Source: Octopus vulgaris
Taxonomy: Eukaryota
Direction of reading: 5' to 3'
NCBI GenBank assembly: GCA_951406725.2
Contig: OX597814.1
Coordinates: 43,710,001-43,774,000, forward strand
Length of the DNA stretch: 64,000 nt
Shown here: positions 51,401 through 64,000 of the stretch, one piece after another
Layout: the number at the start of each line of letters is the position of its first letter
Numbering within the stretch: the stretch's first letter is position 1
Notes under the pieces: model-generated
What the model saw: only the letters and a program-made list of their open reading frames with translations
The model's database searches: none
What the model was told of the DNA's origin: nothing
Made by a program: the position numbers and the translations under genes

Positions 51401-54400
51401 TGAGACAACACTGCTTCTGAGTTCTCTACATGTAAACATCGCTCGCAACGTAGCTTCTTAAGGCTAACAGATTTGTATTTTTTTTATAGATTTATCTCCG
51501 GACATAGTGTTTTTGTGGTATTTTTAAACTTATAAATTATTCACTCTCTCTTTGTTAGTTCGAAAATAAAAGAAAATGTTTTGTTTTGTTTGTTTTTTTA
51601 CATCGTTTGTGACACGTATTTTCATATGCGTGTATGTGTGTCCTTAAAATTCCGTGTAGCTGTGAAAACATTTGTATGTATGTGTAGTCATATGGGTATT
51701 AAATTGCATATATACTTGTGTAGACATTCGAGTGTGTGCGTAATTACTCAATTTATATACTTACTGTTTTGTTCCATTTATATTTTATAATTTGTAAACT
51801 CTCCGGTGTTTATTTCGCGTGTGCATTTCGCACATGTTCCGTTGACATATCGTGCATACGAGAAACTATTCTTTGTATGGCAGTACAATTTCGTTTTTGT
51901 GAACATTTTCTTTAACAGACCGCCTCCTTCAAATCTTCCACATGTTCCTTTATCCCATTCGACCTATGTTATTAGATTAGATTTGTTTTTGAATGGAGAA
52001 CCCGTTGTAGCACATCCATGTTATTCAGCGAGGAGCTCTTCCTTCTTATTCAGCGTGAAGCTCTTCCTTCTTAGTTGAGCAATGCACTCATCTAGAATTA
52101 GTACATACTGTACATAATACCGTCGGTGATTTTAGTTATATATCTTTCTTGATATTGACTTTCATCACCACGGCATCATTGAGATGCGCAACAATGAAGT
52201 ACAAACGTTACTTTAATCGAATGAGATATCTACACTATACATTAAATAAATTTCTATCATGAGAAATCTACAATTGGAAGGTCGATGACCGAATAGATAG
52301 AGAGCCGTAAGAAATTATCATTAATCTGGAGAACTATTCCTTTTCATCTGAGTACAAAATCGGCTAGTCGTGATATAGTCCCTTCAATATTTCCCATAAA
52401 CATGACATTTAAATATTTGGGTCCATTATATCGATTTACTCTTCAAAATGTTAACTTTAATAAATATCTAAACGAAAACATTGTGGTATATAATACTTTC
52501 AAATCTTATATCATATATTCATCCGTATGTTGTGTACGTTCGGAGACGCGTGTACAGGAACTATAAATTAATTTTTATAATACTAACAAAAGCATTAATC
52601 ACGTCACAAATCCTACATGGCATTAAATTGCTATTTCTAATATATGAGGTTCCTTGACTTTGTAAAATGAAATGATACACAGTGAAACAATCCTTTCTAC
52701 GTTAGGCACAAATCCTGGAATTTCGCAGGAGTGGCTCATCGATTACATCGGCTCCAGTAAAAGACTGGTAATTTTCTCTTCTAACCCGAAAGGGTGCAAC
52801 CAAAATCAGTTTCGGCTATATAAGTTATTGATGCGTATTATTCTGTGGAAAATTTCCAAATACTTGAATATATATACGGAAGAAAATGTGAGGCAATATA
52901 GTCCATCGTAGTAATTAATGTCAGATAACGATTTTTACAAACTTGTATCTTTCAAATACACATCTGTAGCATAACGGAATTTATTTGATATCAAACTTAT
53001 GATGAATTTAATTTCACGTTTTCATAGCGAAATCCAAGAAGCCTTTCCTTATTTTATAAATGTGTCTTGCAATGCAAATTTACATGTTATCTAAATACAT
53101 TGGGATAGATTCTTGATTGCATAGGACGCAGAAGCTTTGTGCCAACTGGTTAATGTTTCGGTTTTTCAAAGCTTCATAAGCAACTATTTTGGCCGTTTGC
53201 TGTTTAAACTTAACAGTTAGTTTTTTAAACACAACAGTTACTCACAATACAATTTTCACGACATTCAGAGTACGACACACTTTTGCATTAAAATACTCAA
53301 TCGGAAAAGCCACATTAAAAAGATATTTTAAATTTCCGGTGTTAATCCTTAAGTGAGTTTGTTCTCTTTGATATGGAATTTAATTGTTGCAAATATTCCC
53401 CATTATTTTTGTAACCATTATTAAAGCGTCGGCTCTTTAATTTCAAACACCGGGGACTAATATGGGAATGTAGTGCCAGTCTAATACAGTTCCTTTAAAA
53501 TTAAAGGTATTATACCTAAATTTCTCAGTCAGCTTCTCATTTTTACAGTTGCTCCCGGGCACTCCCATTATTATATTACTTCATGTCACCTTTTTCGTTG
53601 CGTAACTCGACACAAACTTCGTCGTCATAGATGCATTTTTAGTTATATGATAATTTCGATGCGTTACTGATAATTTTTTAATTTCAGTTGCATTACATTT
53701 GTTAGAATTGAGCACCAACAAATAAATGCATTATTTTATTCATTAAGCTGAAATAACATGCCCAATTTTCCGTGGAAAAATGATTACCATCGTGACTGCG
53801 TGTGGTGTTTTACAGCTTATTCTTTTATTTTATATTCAGATTACTCTAATATTTGTGAAGTGAGAAGTAGTATTTTCTTTGGTAACATGTGCTGGTATTT
53901 ACATTAGAAACATTACATCCTGATTTTAAATTTCGTTAGTAGTTATCAAAGTATAAGCTAAATATCATTCAGGTAGTAAAGGCGATGACCTCGGAAAGCC
54001 CGCCTGCAAATCAAGATTACTTCTTCCTCAAAATGAGAATTTGCAAGTCATTCTTATGTTTGTGTGATATTCCATATAATTATATGATAAGATGCGATAT
54101 CTACAAAGTTAACTATATTTTACTGACTGTATATCTTTAAAACACTTAAGAAAGCTTATGAATACTGCTATACCTTACCCATTTTTATATCTACTTCTAT
54201 AAAATTTTAATCCCCCTTGTCCATTCAAAGATACCTTTCTTAATATCATTAAGGTGGTCATAGAGTAATGATCAACAGACTGTGGCAAAGGTATCTAGTA
54301 TATTTAGTTTCGTTCATATAAATTGCGTGTAATAAATTCACTAATCTTAAATTAGTTTTCATCACTCCTCATTCGATTTAATAAATACTACTCGTCGTTT

Positions 54401-55854
54401 CAAAATGATTTAATCGATTACCTTACATGTTTTCGAGTGTGCTGTTGTACGGCAACTTTATTATAATGAATACCAGTGGTAATAGCAATATAAATAAGAA
54501 AAAGAAAAAAATCATCAACAGAATAAAAAGATCCTGCCTGTATTTTTAAAACGAAAAAGAAAAGAAAACATTAAAACGAAAATAATTAATTGCGCTACAG
54601 TAAAATTCTCCAGATTTAGCAATTAGTAATTAGACAATCAGAATCTGAAATGACCTTTAGTGAATAAGAGTCATTGATATTCCATAAAACATTCCCACGT
54701 GATCATTAGCTAGGAATTGGTATTCCATAAACCTTTCCCATTTTGGATCATTAGCAACAAATTCTAATCTGCAAATATAAGGCAAACGACACAGCTCTCA
54801 CAACGAATGGTTCTCATTAATGAGATCAACTTAAAGTGACAAATATTATATCATTCATCAACTGGTCAGCATTTCGATTTCTACTAAAAATCAAACTAGA
54901 AAATTGGAGGTTTGCTTTCCAAATTTATGCTGTAGTAAATACATATTAAATGAATATTTCTACGGCACAATTAGCGTAACATACACGACGAAAATACATG
55001 ATGGCATTTCGAGTAAATTATTACAATAAGTTGATATGTGAAGCTGATTGCGCTAAAAGCAATAAGTACATGTACCTTTCGAATTGATCTTGTATAGTTG
55101 GGTTTGAAGAGAGAAGGAGTCGTTTCACGACTGTCCAAAACTGATTTAGGTGGAGAGAAAGATGTATAACTCTTGTGTTCTTCAATCAGGAAGGGACAAA
55201 CAGTCATGTGGATACTTTTGTTCCAAGAATTGTCACGGATTGGACTACGCTAAATTACGTCAAAATCTCGGTGAAGATGTTCAGTCACGTGATGCTTGAA
55301 AATGATTTCCCCTTAAAACGTTGAAGTGAATACTTTCGGTTTAAACAAGGTGTTCAGCAACATTGTAGAACCTGAGGCCATGTGATTCTCAAGTGAACTT
55401 AACTGCATCACGATGTCAGCAGACTCCGCTGTGGGAATGTATTAACATAATGCATTCATTTTTGATTTCGCTCATATTCATATGTCAACATTTTTGTGCA
55501 TCGTAATATATTCAGTGCAACAGTGGAACTTTCAATATTTTTGGTAATCGAAAATACTTAGGCGTTGATATATACACTAAAGCAAAAACGAAATGTGCAG
55601 ATCAACACATTATGTTGTGTGCAAAATTCTTGAGAATATTTAAGCTACTGCATATAAATTATTACACAACGGGTATATCGGATTCTACACCTAGTGCGTT
55701 TATTTCAACAACTTCGACTAATATATTACTTGTGCCTTAAATTTCATTCAATGCTGTATTTATTGACTGTAATATACTAACTGTGATCTACATGAAGTTA
55801 TCACACACACTCACACAAACACACACACACACACTCACTCGCATATACACACAT

Positions 55855-55954
55855 GTAAGTATGTATGTATGTATGTATGTATGTATGTATGTATGTATGT
55901 ATGTATGTATGTATGTATGTATGTATGTATGTATGTATGCATGTATGTATGTAT
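55855..55954. repeat. (TATG)n microsatellite
   Basis: Directly visible. Confidence 0.97.
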
Positions 55955-55974
55955 GACCGCTGAAATTTGCAAGT

Positions 55975-56090
55975 TTTCTCAATCTCTCTATTTATTTTAT
56001 TCCTCTATGTCGAAGAGCGTAGGCTCGAAACGAAAGATTTTCACTTTTCCAGAGCGTCAAACTGATACACCTGTTTGTTTTTCATACATA
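55975..56090 (+). mobile_element. Solo PLE terminus with damaged hammerhead-like motif (56002-56036)
   Basis: ATGTCGA-a-gagc-gtag-gctc-GAAA-CG-aaag (site dinucleotide missing), then gagcgtcaaact.atac as in the 37080 copy. Confidence 0.6.
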
Positions 56091-56339
56091 TGACTAAAAG
56101 TGTAATAGTCCCAATGCTGGCTGAATGTAGAAAATTCAAGTTAAAATAAAATATAAAACCCCAAAGTAATAAAATAGGACAAATAAAATAAAATTTAAAA
56201 CAACAATTTCTTTAATCCCTCACTGTTTCTGTATGTGTGTGTGAGTGCGTGTGTGTGTGTTTGAAATCCAAGTGGAGAATGGTGGTTTATTCACATCCAA
56301 AACTTATATCGTTTATTGACTGCGGTGCCATATATGGGA

Positions 56340-56386
<47 letters not shown>

Positions 56387-56387
56387 T

Positions 56388-56426
<39 letters not shown>

Positions 56427-56470
56427 TTATAAATAAGGGCTAAAGAAAAATATTTCTCTGCCAATATGTA

Positions 56471-56538
<68 letters not shown>

Positions 56539-58276
56539 GGTGTCACTTTCACCGGACATGTTAGTCTTCTTTCCACCAATACCTGTGATGAGAAAAGGTG
56601 CTATTTCAATCTACGTATTGACACAGTCTGAAATAATCTTTGGGGAAATTTTCTGTCATACCACTAACAATTTCAAACTCTTGTAATTCGATTTGTCAGG
56701 TTTCTCTCCTGTTTGACACAATTTGATTGCTCCTCACGAATTCTCTCATCAAAGTTTAAGTTTTGCACACACTGCATCGTATATTACATCAACGTATTTT
56801 CCAAAAACACTGTCTCTCATTGTCACACAAACAATGCATAATCATATAACATCAGGAATTTGCAGCTTTCATGGTAAACGCCATCAGTACATACTCACGT
56901 AGTTATTGAAATTATTTCAAACGGAATTGGGACTTAATCTGGAATTCAATTCTCAATAAAATCTACTGCTTGAGTTAATATTTTAGAAGAAATGAATGAA
57001 ATTAAAATTTAACAAAAATAGCTGAGAGGAGCACACGCTTTCTGTGTGTCACCTTGGCCTATATGATGACAGATGTACGTTCAGATATCCATATGTTTGT
57101 GCATATTTTGTATGAGTAAATCATACGCAACGGTCGATCGTAATATGCAGATACTTATATTACTTACAATGAATGAATTTTAATTTCAAATATTCATAAG
57201 TATCAGTGATACATACGCAAGCGGAAAGAACTACAGCGACACACACGCATACACACACATACACACACACACACCCACACACACGCACACATACATGCAC
57301 GCATCATGGGCACACACACGACACACACATATGTGTGTTTGTTTGTATGCATATATGTATGTATATCAGTGTATGTATTAATGTACGCATAAATAATGAT
57401 GTACACACACATACATGATGCATATATAACACATTTTCAGGAAATATTTGTATACACATATAAACATATGTATGTATATATGTGTGCGTTTCTGTGTGTG
57501 TCCGTGTGTGTGTCCCCGCGTTTGTGAGCGTGTTTATGTGTTTTACACAGACATATTTGTCTGTAAAGGTGTATAGATGTATAGGTATACATGTGTGCCT
57601 GTGAGTATATGCATATGTCGTTTTTTTGTTTTGTTTTTCTTTTCTGTATATCAAACAAAGTAGAAAAATTGAAGAGGGACAGTTTCGCTTTTAGTTACGA
57701 GCAATTTAAATTCCAATTATGAGTGCTATTATTTTATAGCCTGACATCTTTATGAAGTGAGAAGTTATTGTCATTGTGAAAAGAGAAATATCATAATATA
57801 CACTGATAAAAAAATAAAAGACAAATGGAATGACAATATTATAGACACAAGCTGACAAGAAACAAACAGATGCACACAAGCACGCATACACGTATAGAAC
57901 AAGAACTCTATTAAACAATTACATAGTTTTTGAAAGAGGATTTATTGCTTCTGTTTTTACTAACACAATGTCGACTATAAATCAACATTTCACAGCATAC
58001 TTCTCCTCGCATCATGTAGCTTGTTTTAAATCAGTCTAACATTGCATCCTTCAAACTAACAACTTTTGATTCCAAACATCCTTTTATCTATTTACTTAAC
58101 TGCAGCCACCTGTTTCTTTTTCTCTATAAAAATACATGTCACTATCAATCTCTCCATGTATCCTTTCCATTGCAACAAGCTTACTTCCGAAACAAGTGTA
58201 GTTACCTTGGGCAATTATGTTCGGTCGGCCAAAGCATTTTGAGTGGATTTGATTGGAGGACAAAAGAAACGAGACT

Positions 58277-58310
<34 letters not shown>

Positions 58311-58337
58311 CAAGCACACATACATACATATATATAT

Positions 58338-58707
58338 ACTAGCAGTATCACCCGGCGTTGCTCGGGTTTGTAAGGGAAATAACTATAAAGCATTTTTAGA
58401 GAGTTATAGCCAAAAAATAGCAAAAAAATGGGAAAAAAATGATGGTAAATTTTTTTGAGAGTTAAAAAGGTCGAGTTGCGTCCCCTAGACAGTCTGTGGT
58501 TTGTGTTTCTGATTCTCGACCCCATGTCGAATTTATCGATTTTTTTCAGAACTGGGGGAACTTTTCAAAATTTTCGCCGCGTTAGTTTTGAATTATAACA
58601 TTGGGCTATGTGTGTGTCAAGTTTCATCAGAATCGGTTGAAAGCCGTGGTCAGGGTGAGGGTACAACCTAACAGACACACAGACACACACAGAGACAAAC
58701 TGCCGTT

Positions 58708-58710
<3 letters not shown>
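58338..58710 (+). mobile_element. Non-autonomous Helitron/Helentron (DINE-1-like) element inserted in a TA tract
   Basis: Starts actagcagtatcacccggcgttgctcggg (short hairpin). It contains gtcaagtttcatcagaatcggttga and ends acagacac..aaactgccgtttatata, echoing the start actagcagtat. Confidence 0.6.
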
Positions 58711-58788
<78 letters not shown>

Positions 58789-58960
58789 CAGTGAAACAAT
58801 TGTATGGGGTTAATGTATATTTTTATTATTTTTCATTTGTCTTGCTCGCTTACGTTCTTAGTGTGCTAAATTTTACTTGAGAACAATTCTTAGCGGTTGA
58901 GACCCTTGCGGATCTATCTCTAGCGTAAGAGCGCCCACATAGTGGATTCTCTCTCATATT

Positions 58961-59019
<59 letters not shown>

Positions 59020-59559
59020 CTATACACACGAACACCCGCATATTTATTATTATTTATTTGTTTTTAAATTTTATTGGGCACGCTGTCTTGAAGAATTTTC
59101 CATCGAATGAATCAATTCCAGTACATATATGTTGTAAACATGGTACTTATTCCGCTGGTTCTTTTCTCGAACCGCTAGGTACATTAGCGTAAACACAAGG
59201 TACCGCGCGGTTGGACGGACCTCGGAACCATATAGTTGGAAAGCAAACATGTTACTAGACAGCTGTGTGTTGGCATATATGTATATATGTATATATATAT
59301 ATATATTCATATATTGCACCCTGTAAAAAATAAAGTAAATAAACACTTCAAATTTTAAAATCAGTGCACGTTAAACGCACAGCCTCAGTAAAATAAACGT
59401 TACATTTTATTGCAAATTGTAGTAGGATGATAGAAGCCAACCTGATACTGAATTGGACATGTTTTGAAATAATTTTGATGACAATGTGTATCTAAATGAC
59501 AGAATCTTTGGGTATGCGTACGTTAGCAATTACAATCAGGAGATTTGTGTAGCATTTGT

Positions 59560-61250
59560 AAGTCTTTTTATTTTTCCGTGTGTGGGAATTAAATTTATTG
59601 TTTCTTGGTCTTTAAATGATAGTTTCGGTTAATCATTTGTGCATCGGACAAAATGCCAATGTTCGGGCTCTTTATGTCATGTCTTCAAATGCCAACACAT
59701 TTATTGCTTTTACACATTTTCTCTCGATAATAATATGAAGCAGCAGACAAGTGCTGGTGTTTATGCAATCGACAAACTACATTACTCTAAATTGCTAGTT
59801 CCGAGCCTTTTCTTTTTCAACCATTTGTCTACTTGTTATTATGCCAGGATTAGATGGCTAGATCCCAGCATTCTTCCCTCAGCCATAGATGTCGAAGTCT
59901 TCTCTAACGATCCTTGCAGTAAGAAGCATACAGACTTCCTCTAAAATCAGGAAATTCATCTTCAACTCATCATACAAGCTTATTCCAACTTTTCTTAAGA
60001 CTCCTATCAGAAATGGAATAGGGATCACTTTAAGGCAACTGTATATCAGTCGAAGATGTTATGACATTTTTGTCTTGTAATGTTCCTTCTCTGCCCATTC
60101 TTGTAACAAATTAGAAAAAGTTACATAAAGTAACACACACTTTTATCTTTATTGATACCACACGGTAAAAGTTCTTTCATTTATTCGTTGGAAATTTTAT
60201 ATCTGAAATAAAATTTGTCCACCCATTTTCCTGAATGTGATCTGTTTTATAGTCACATTTTAGTATATAATTTTCACAGATTGGTCATTACTGCAAAATG
60301 TTCACGCTTTTATTATTGTATATAGTTTTGAACAAACATTTTATATTCAGAGTCTGGCGTGCCACACACAACATACACCCGAATTACCTTTATTATCTAT
60401 ATGTTTCTCTTGTAAATGTTTTGGTCCTGTACAGCTGGAATTATATATTTCATTATTTTTAGTTACATGTCTTTTACCGTTGAAATGATTTCTGACATTC
60501 AAATCTTTCAGGATTTCACAATCTTTTCCTGTAATCTTTTCTGTTCATATCGTTGCTCGCCCTTTTTCCCGGACTTATTTTTTGTCTTCCTTCAGCAAAT
60601 ATATCATCTTACTGTTACCAACACTCCCAGACACTGTCAACCACTAATATCCTTGACCGTTCTATTTGCATTTCCACACAGTCTTCTACATTTAGGTTAA
60701 CTTCTGAAACGAAATCTCTCTGTTGCTGTAAGGACGTTTAGATTATCAACAGTTTCAAGCTTTTCTACACATTGTAATTTATACACAATATGCCTGGCTG
60801 CATTGATGTAGTTCACCCAGTCAGCTTGAAATATTTCTAACCCCGACACTTTCCAATGAGATAGTTTGAGATATTAATTTACCATAGACTCTGGAGTGGT
60901 TACCATGTTGATCTGTTGTTTTCTCTACCTTAGTTTGTTATCTAAATATTCTACCCAGTTCTCCTCATAATTGTGGATATCTTTCTTGCTCTATATTTCA
61001 ATCTAAAATATTCTGCAATTCACTGTATCTGTTCTTTTATCGTTATGTCATTTTACTCCTTCTAACTTTTCAAAGAATCAGTTGCGGTTATTTTGAAAAA
61101 AAACTTGTTTTGCTGAAAGAGACTTATTCTATTCGCATATCATTTTATCGTGCTCCTCTGCTGGTACTCTTTGCTACTCTTTGTTACTTTTTGCAGTATT
61201 GTTATAATATTTGTTCTTGTTTTGTTTTTTTTTCCTTTAATATATTCTCT
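59560..61250 (-). mobile_element. Highly decayed LINE, probably R4/Dong-like
   Basis: A-rich coding-like minus strand with a remnant knuckle MCWHLK..KEPEHWHFVRC; many stops. Confidence 0.35.
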
Positions 61251-61332
61251 TTTCTCTTTCGTGATTTAATGACTCATTCACTTTCCATTTGGTGTTCACT
61301 CGGCTTCACGTAGAAATTTCTTCTTTGTCGCC

Positions 61333-61361
61333 TTCTTCTTCTTCTTCTTCTTCTTCTTCTT

Positions 61362-61392
<31 letters not shown>

Positions 61393-61408
61393 TTCTTCTT
61401 CTTCTTCT
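61333..61408. repeat. (TTC)n microsatellite
   Basis: Directly visible. Confidence 0.97.
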
Positions 61409-61424
61409 TAGTGATATTCTTTCT

Positions 61425-61805
61425 GGTTCTTTACGTTGTAAGTTCAAATCACGCCGGTGTCGACATGGTATTACATATTTTCCTGTGTCGATAGATGTAA
61501 TACCAGGTGGGCAGAAATATCAGAATAATCGGCTAATATGTCCTCTGAAAAACTGTTGGATTTCTTCCAAAATTTGAAATGATTACTATCGGATATCATA
61601 TCTGCTTACGGCTGCGAATCAGCAGGTTCGTTTTCACGCTGTTGAAAATGCTTAGCAATATTTCATCCGTCTGTACGTTCTGAGGTCAAAATCCGCAGAG
61701 GTCGATATTGCATTTCATTCTTTCAGGGTGGATGAAATATGTGTTAGTCAAACATCGAAGTAACAGAGTAGCCCTCCCACAAGATTGCTGGCCTTGTACC
61801 AATGA
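61425..61805 (+). mobile_element. Two tandem degraded OR-like SINE pieces
   Basis: tacgtt.t.agttcaaatc.cgc.g.ggtcga block occurs twice; similar to 39440-39600. Confidence 0.6.
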
Positions 61806-62054
61806 TAGAAAAAATTATCAGTTATCGCCTAAGAATGAATTTAAAGTTTATTCTAAAAATGGGATGCTTTGTTGCTTTGTTGAAAAAAGATACAAGTGAC
61901 CACTGGATAAATATATATTTACCTTCTTCACCAAATTATTTATAATGCCGGTAAAATCTGAATGCATAGATTTGTGTTTGTAAATATACGAGAGTGTGTG
62001 CACGTCTATGTGTGTGTGTATTATTATGTTCAGAGAATCACTAATTAAATTATA

Positions 62055-62560
62055 GATTCTGGCAAACTCTAAGCTCCATCGTTGAGGAATACAAATTTGG
62101 AAAAGCAAGTGTCTTTACCATGGTTGAAGATTCGAAAGACAAGTTGGTCGGATCGGTCAGGTCCAAGCTGAAGATATACAAGAAATAATAAGGTGATGAG
62201 GCGACGTGGACCTGAAAGCAAAGCTTTTCGATCAGAAAGAGATTATATAAGTGATGAACACAAATACATTCTACATGGCAGGGAGCAGCAAAGAATGACC
62301 AGGAGCATATATGCCATATGGGGTGCGGGAATGGAGCCTTCTGGATAGTACAGATGATTATGAGGGCTCAGCAGATCTACAAAACAACCAGACATGATCT
62401 GCAAGAGTGGCCTGAAGCCAGATATTATATTCCATTCTAGTTCACCAATGGAACTGATTTTGATTGAAATCAACGTGCCGTTCTCAAATATATTAGAAGA
62501 AGCACATATGTTCGAAACAGAAAAATACACCAGTTATGAAAACGTAAAATCCAATTTTAC
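62055..62560 (+). mobile_element. Hero/NeSL-like LINE C-terminal fragments with restriction-like endonuclease
   Basis: LSSIVEEYKFGK...MVEDSKDKLV and LKPDIIFHS....LILIEINVPF...LEEAHMFETEKY. Confidence 0.7.
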
Positions 62561-62714
62561 CTGACTGGGTAATAGGTTTGAACTTGTTAACAAGACAACT
62601 ATTGATATTGCATAAAGGTATAAAGATTATAAGAATAATAGATTCAAGGGCACATTTATTCATTGTACCAAATTAACAAATTCAATTTCGTTTAGATTAA
62701 TTAATCTACATACT

Positions 62715-62910
62715 CTTTTATACTCTTTTACTTGTTTCAGTCATTTGACAGCGGCCATGCTGGAGCACCGCGTTTAATCGAGCAACTCGATCCCGGGTAT
62801 TATTCTTTTGTAAGCCCAGTACTTATTCTATCGGTCTCTTTTGCCGAACCGCTAAGTAACGGGGACATAAACACACCGGCATCGGTTGTCAAGCAATGCT
62901 AGGGGGACAA

Positions 62911-62941
<31 letters not shown>

Positions 62942-63111
62942 TATATACGACGGGCTTCTTTCAGTTTCCGTCTACCAAATCCACTCACAGGAATTTGGTC
63001 GGCCCGAGGCTATAGTAGAAGACACTTGCCCAAGGTGCCACGCAGTGGGACTGAACCCGGAACCATGTGGTTGGTTAACAAGCTACTTACCACACAGCCA
63101 CTCCTGCGCCT
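62715..63111 (-). mobile_element. CORE-like tRNA-derived SINE, well-preserved full-length copy
   Basis: Reverse complement of the 31306 family, with intact head (ggcgcaggagtggctgtgtggtaag) and (taaaagagta) tail repeats. Confidence 0.9.
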
Positions 63112-63905
63112 ACAGCATAGAATTTTATTATAAAAGTATTAATATGAAAACCATGTGCACATGGATCGAGTAACAAATAAATGATCGTGTTGACTAAATA
63201 ATTTTGTAATAGTTTTCTATTACATTTAAACATCAGGTATATAATATCATTAATAACATGTGCTTTAATAATACCTGCTACCTCTGAAAGTCGATGGTCT
63301 TTGCATTTTTAAAATGTCTCTTTGAGTCAAATGTTGATGTTTGTTATTCAAATACAAATTCGTTCCTTTAATATATCTTACATCATGACAATCGGTAAAA
63401 CGTAAATGGCAACGTTATAATTATGAAAAATTAAAATAAACTTGGTTTTATTCCAGTATTTCGCTGTATTAAGTAATATTTTCATGAGATTGGTTTAATT
63501 GCCTTGGAAGTGCGTTATGTGTGAGCTTCAGCTTGTGTGTGTTTGTTTGCACTTAAACTATAAACATCAAGCAGCAAGTAAAACATAGATGCTTCCATAA
63601 GTATGTAAACAGTTACGTAATTCTGCTAGACTCCAGTCTCTACCAACTATGCAGTTCTAAATCAATATATTTCAGACTATTATTTATAGATACACTCGCT
63701 TGCAAGCACAATGTTATACGATTTCTACGTGCATAATATATATATATATTTGTGCGCGGGGGCGCGTATGTGTACAGGAGCAATCGTGACTATATGTGAA
63801 CAAGCTTGCTAGGCGCATATTCCCCGTTTAACCCCATTACGTTGCAACTTAGATGAGTGTTTTCTACTCTAGCATCAAGTCGGCCAAAGACGACCTGGTA
63901 GGCAG

Positions 63906-63949
<44 letters not shown>

Positions 63950-64000
63950 TCAAAATGGCTGAAGATTAGCAACACACTTCAAACTAGGATCACCACTGAA

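Noticed and set aside
53146-53188. Minus-strand CTTATGA..aaacc-GAAACATT motif
   Set aside because: G5 is missing and the stems are mismatched; unsupported without a family consensus.
54971-55440. Coding-like stretch with a possible splice acceptor near 55430
   Set aside because: Stops in all frames and no family recognised; it would need a translated search.

Overview
AT-rich eukaryotic DNA dense in microsatellites and transposons. The SINE and repeat repertoire looks like an Octopus/cephalopod genome (inference). Almost all ORFs in the supplied track are microsatellite read-through or fragments of decayed elements. The only host-gene-like locus is on the minus strand at about 19500-25083: an open 126-aa ORF with a signal peptide, followed by a heavily decayed sequence resembling a Methuselah-like/adhesion-type 7TM receptor. 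A Chapaev-type transposon (22184-24643, TTA target duplication, intron-containing transposase) splits this locus, and removing it restores the reading frame. Other elements include Penelope-like retroelements (PLEs), RTE, R4/Dong and Hero-like LINE fragments, a DD41D/rosa-like and a mariner transposon, MITEs, Helitron pieces and tRNA-derived SINEs. The most unusual signal is a set of minimal hammerhead-ribozyme-like motifs, several of them at PLE 3' ends. Several share a non-canonical core (NNGUNGA, A6 to U), and one sits next to a perfect 86-bp foldback. All calls were made by eye; no searches or folding were run.
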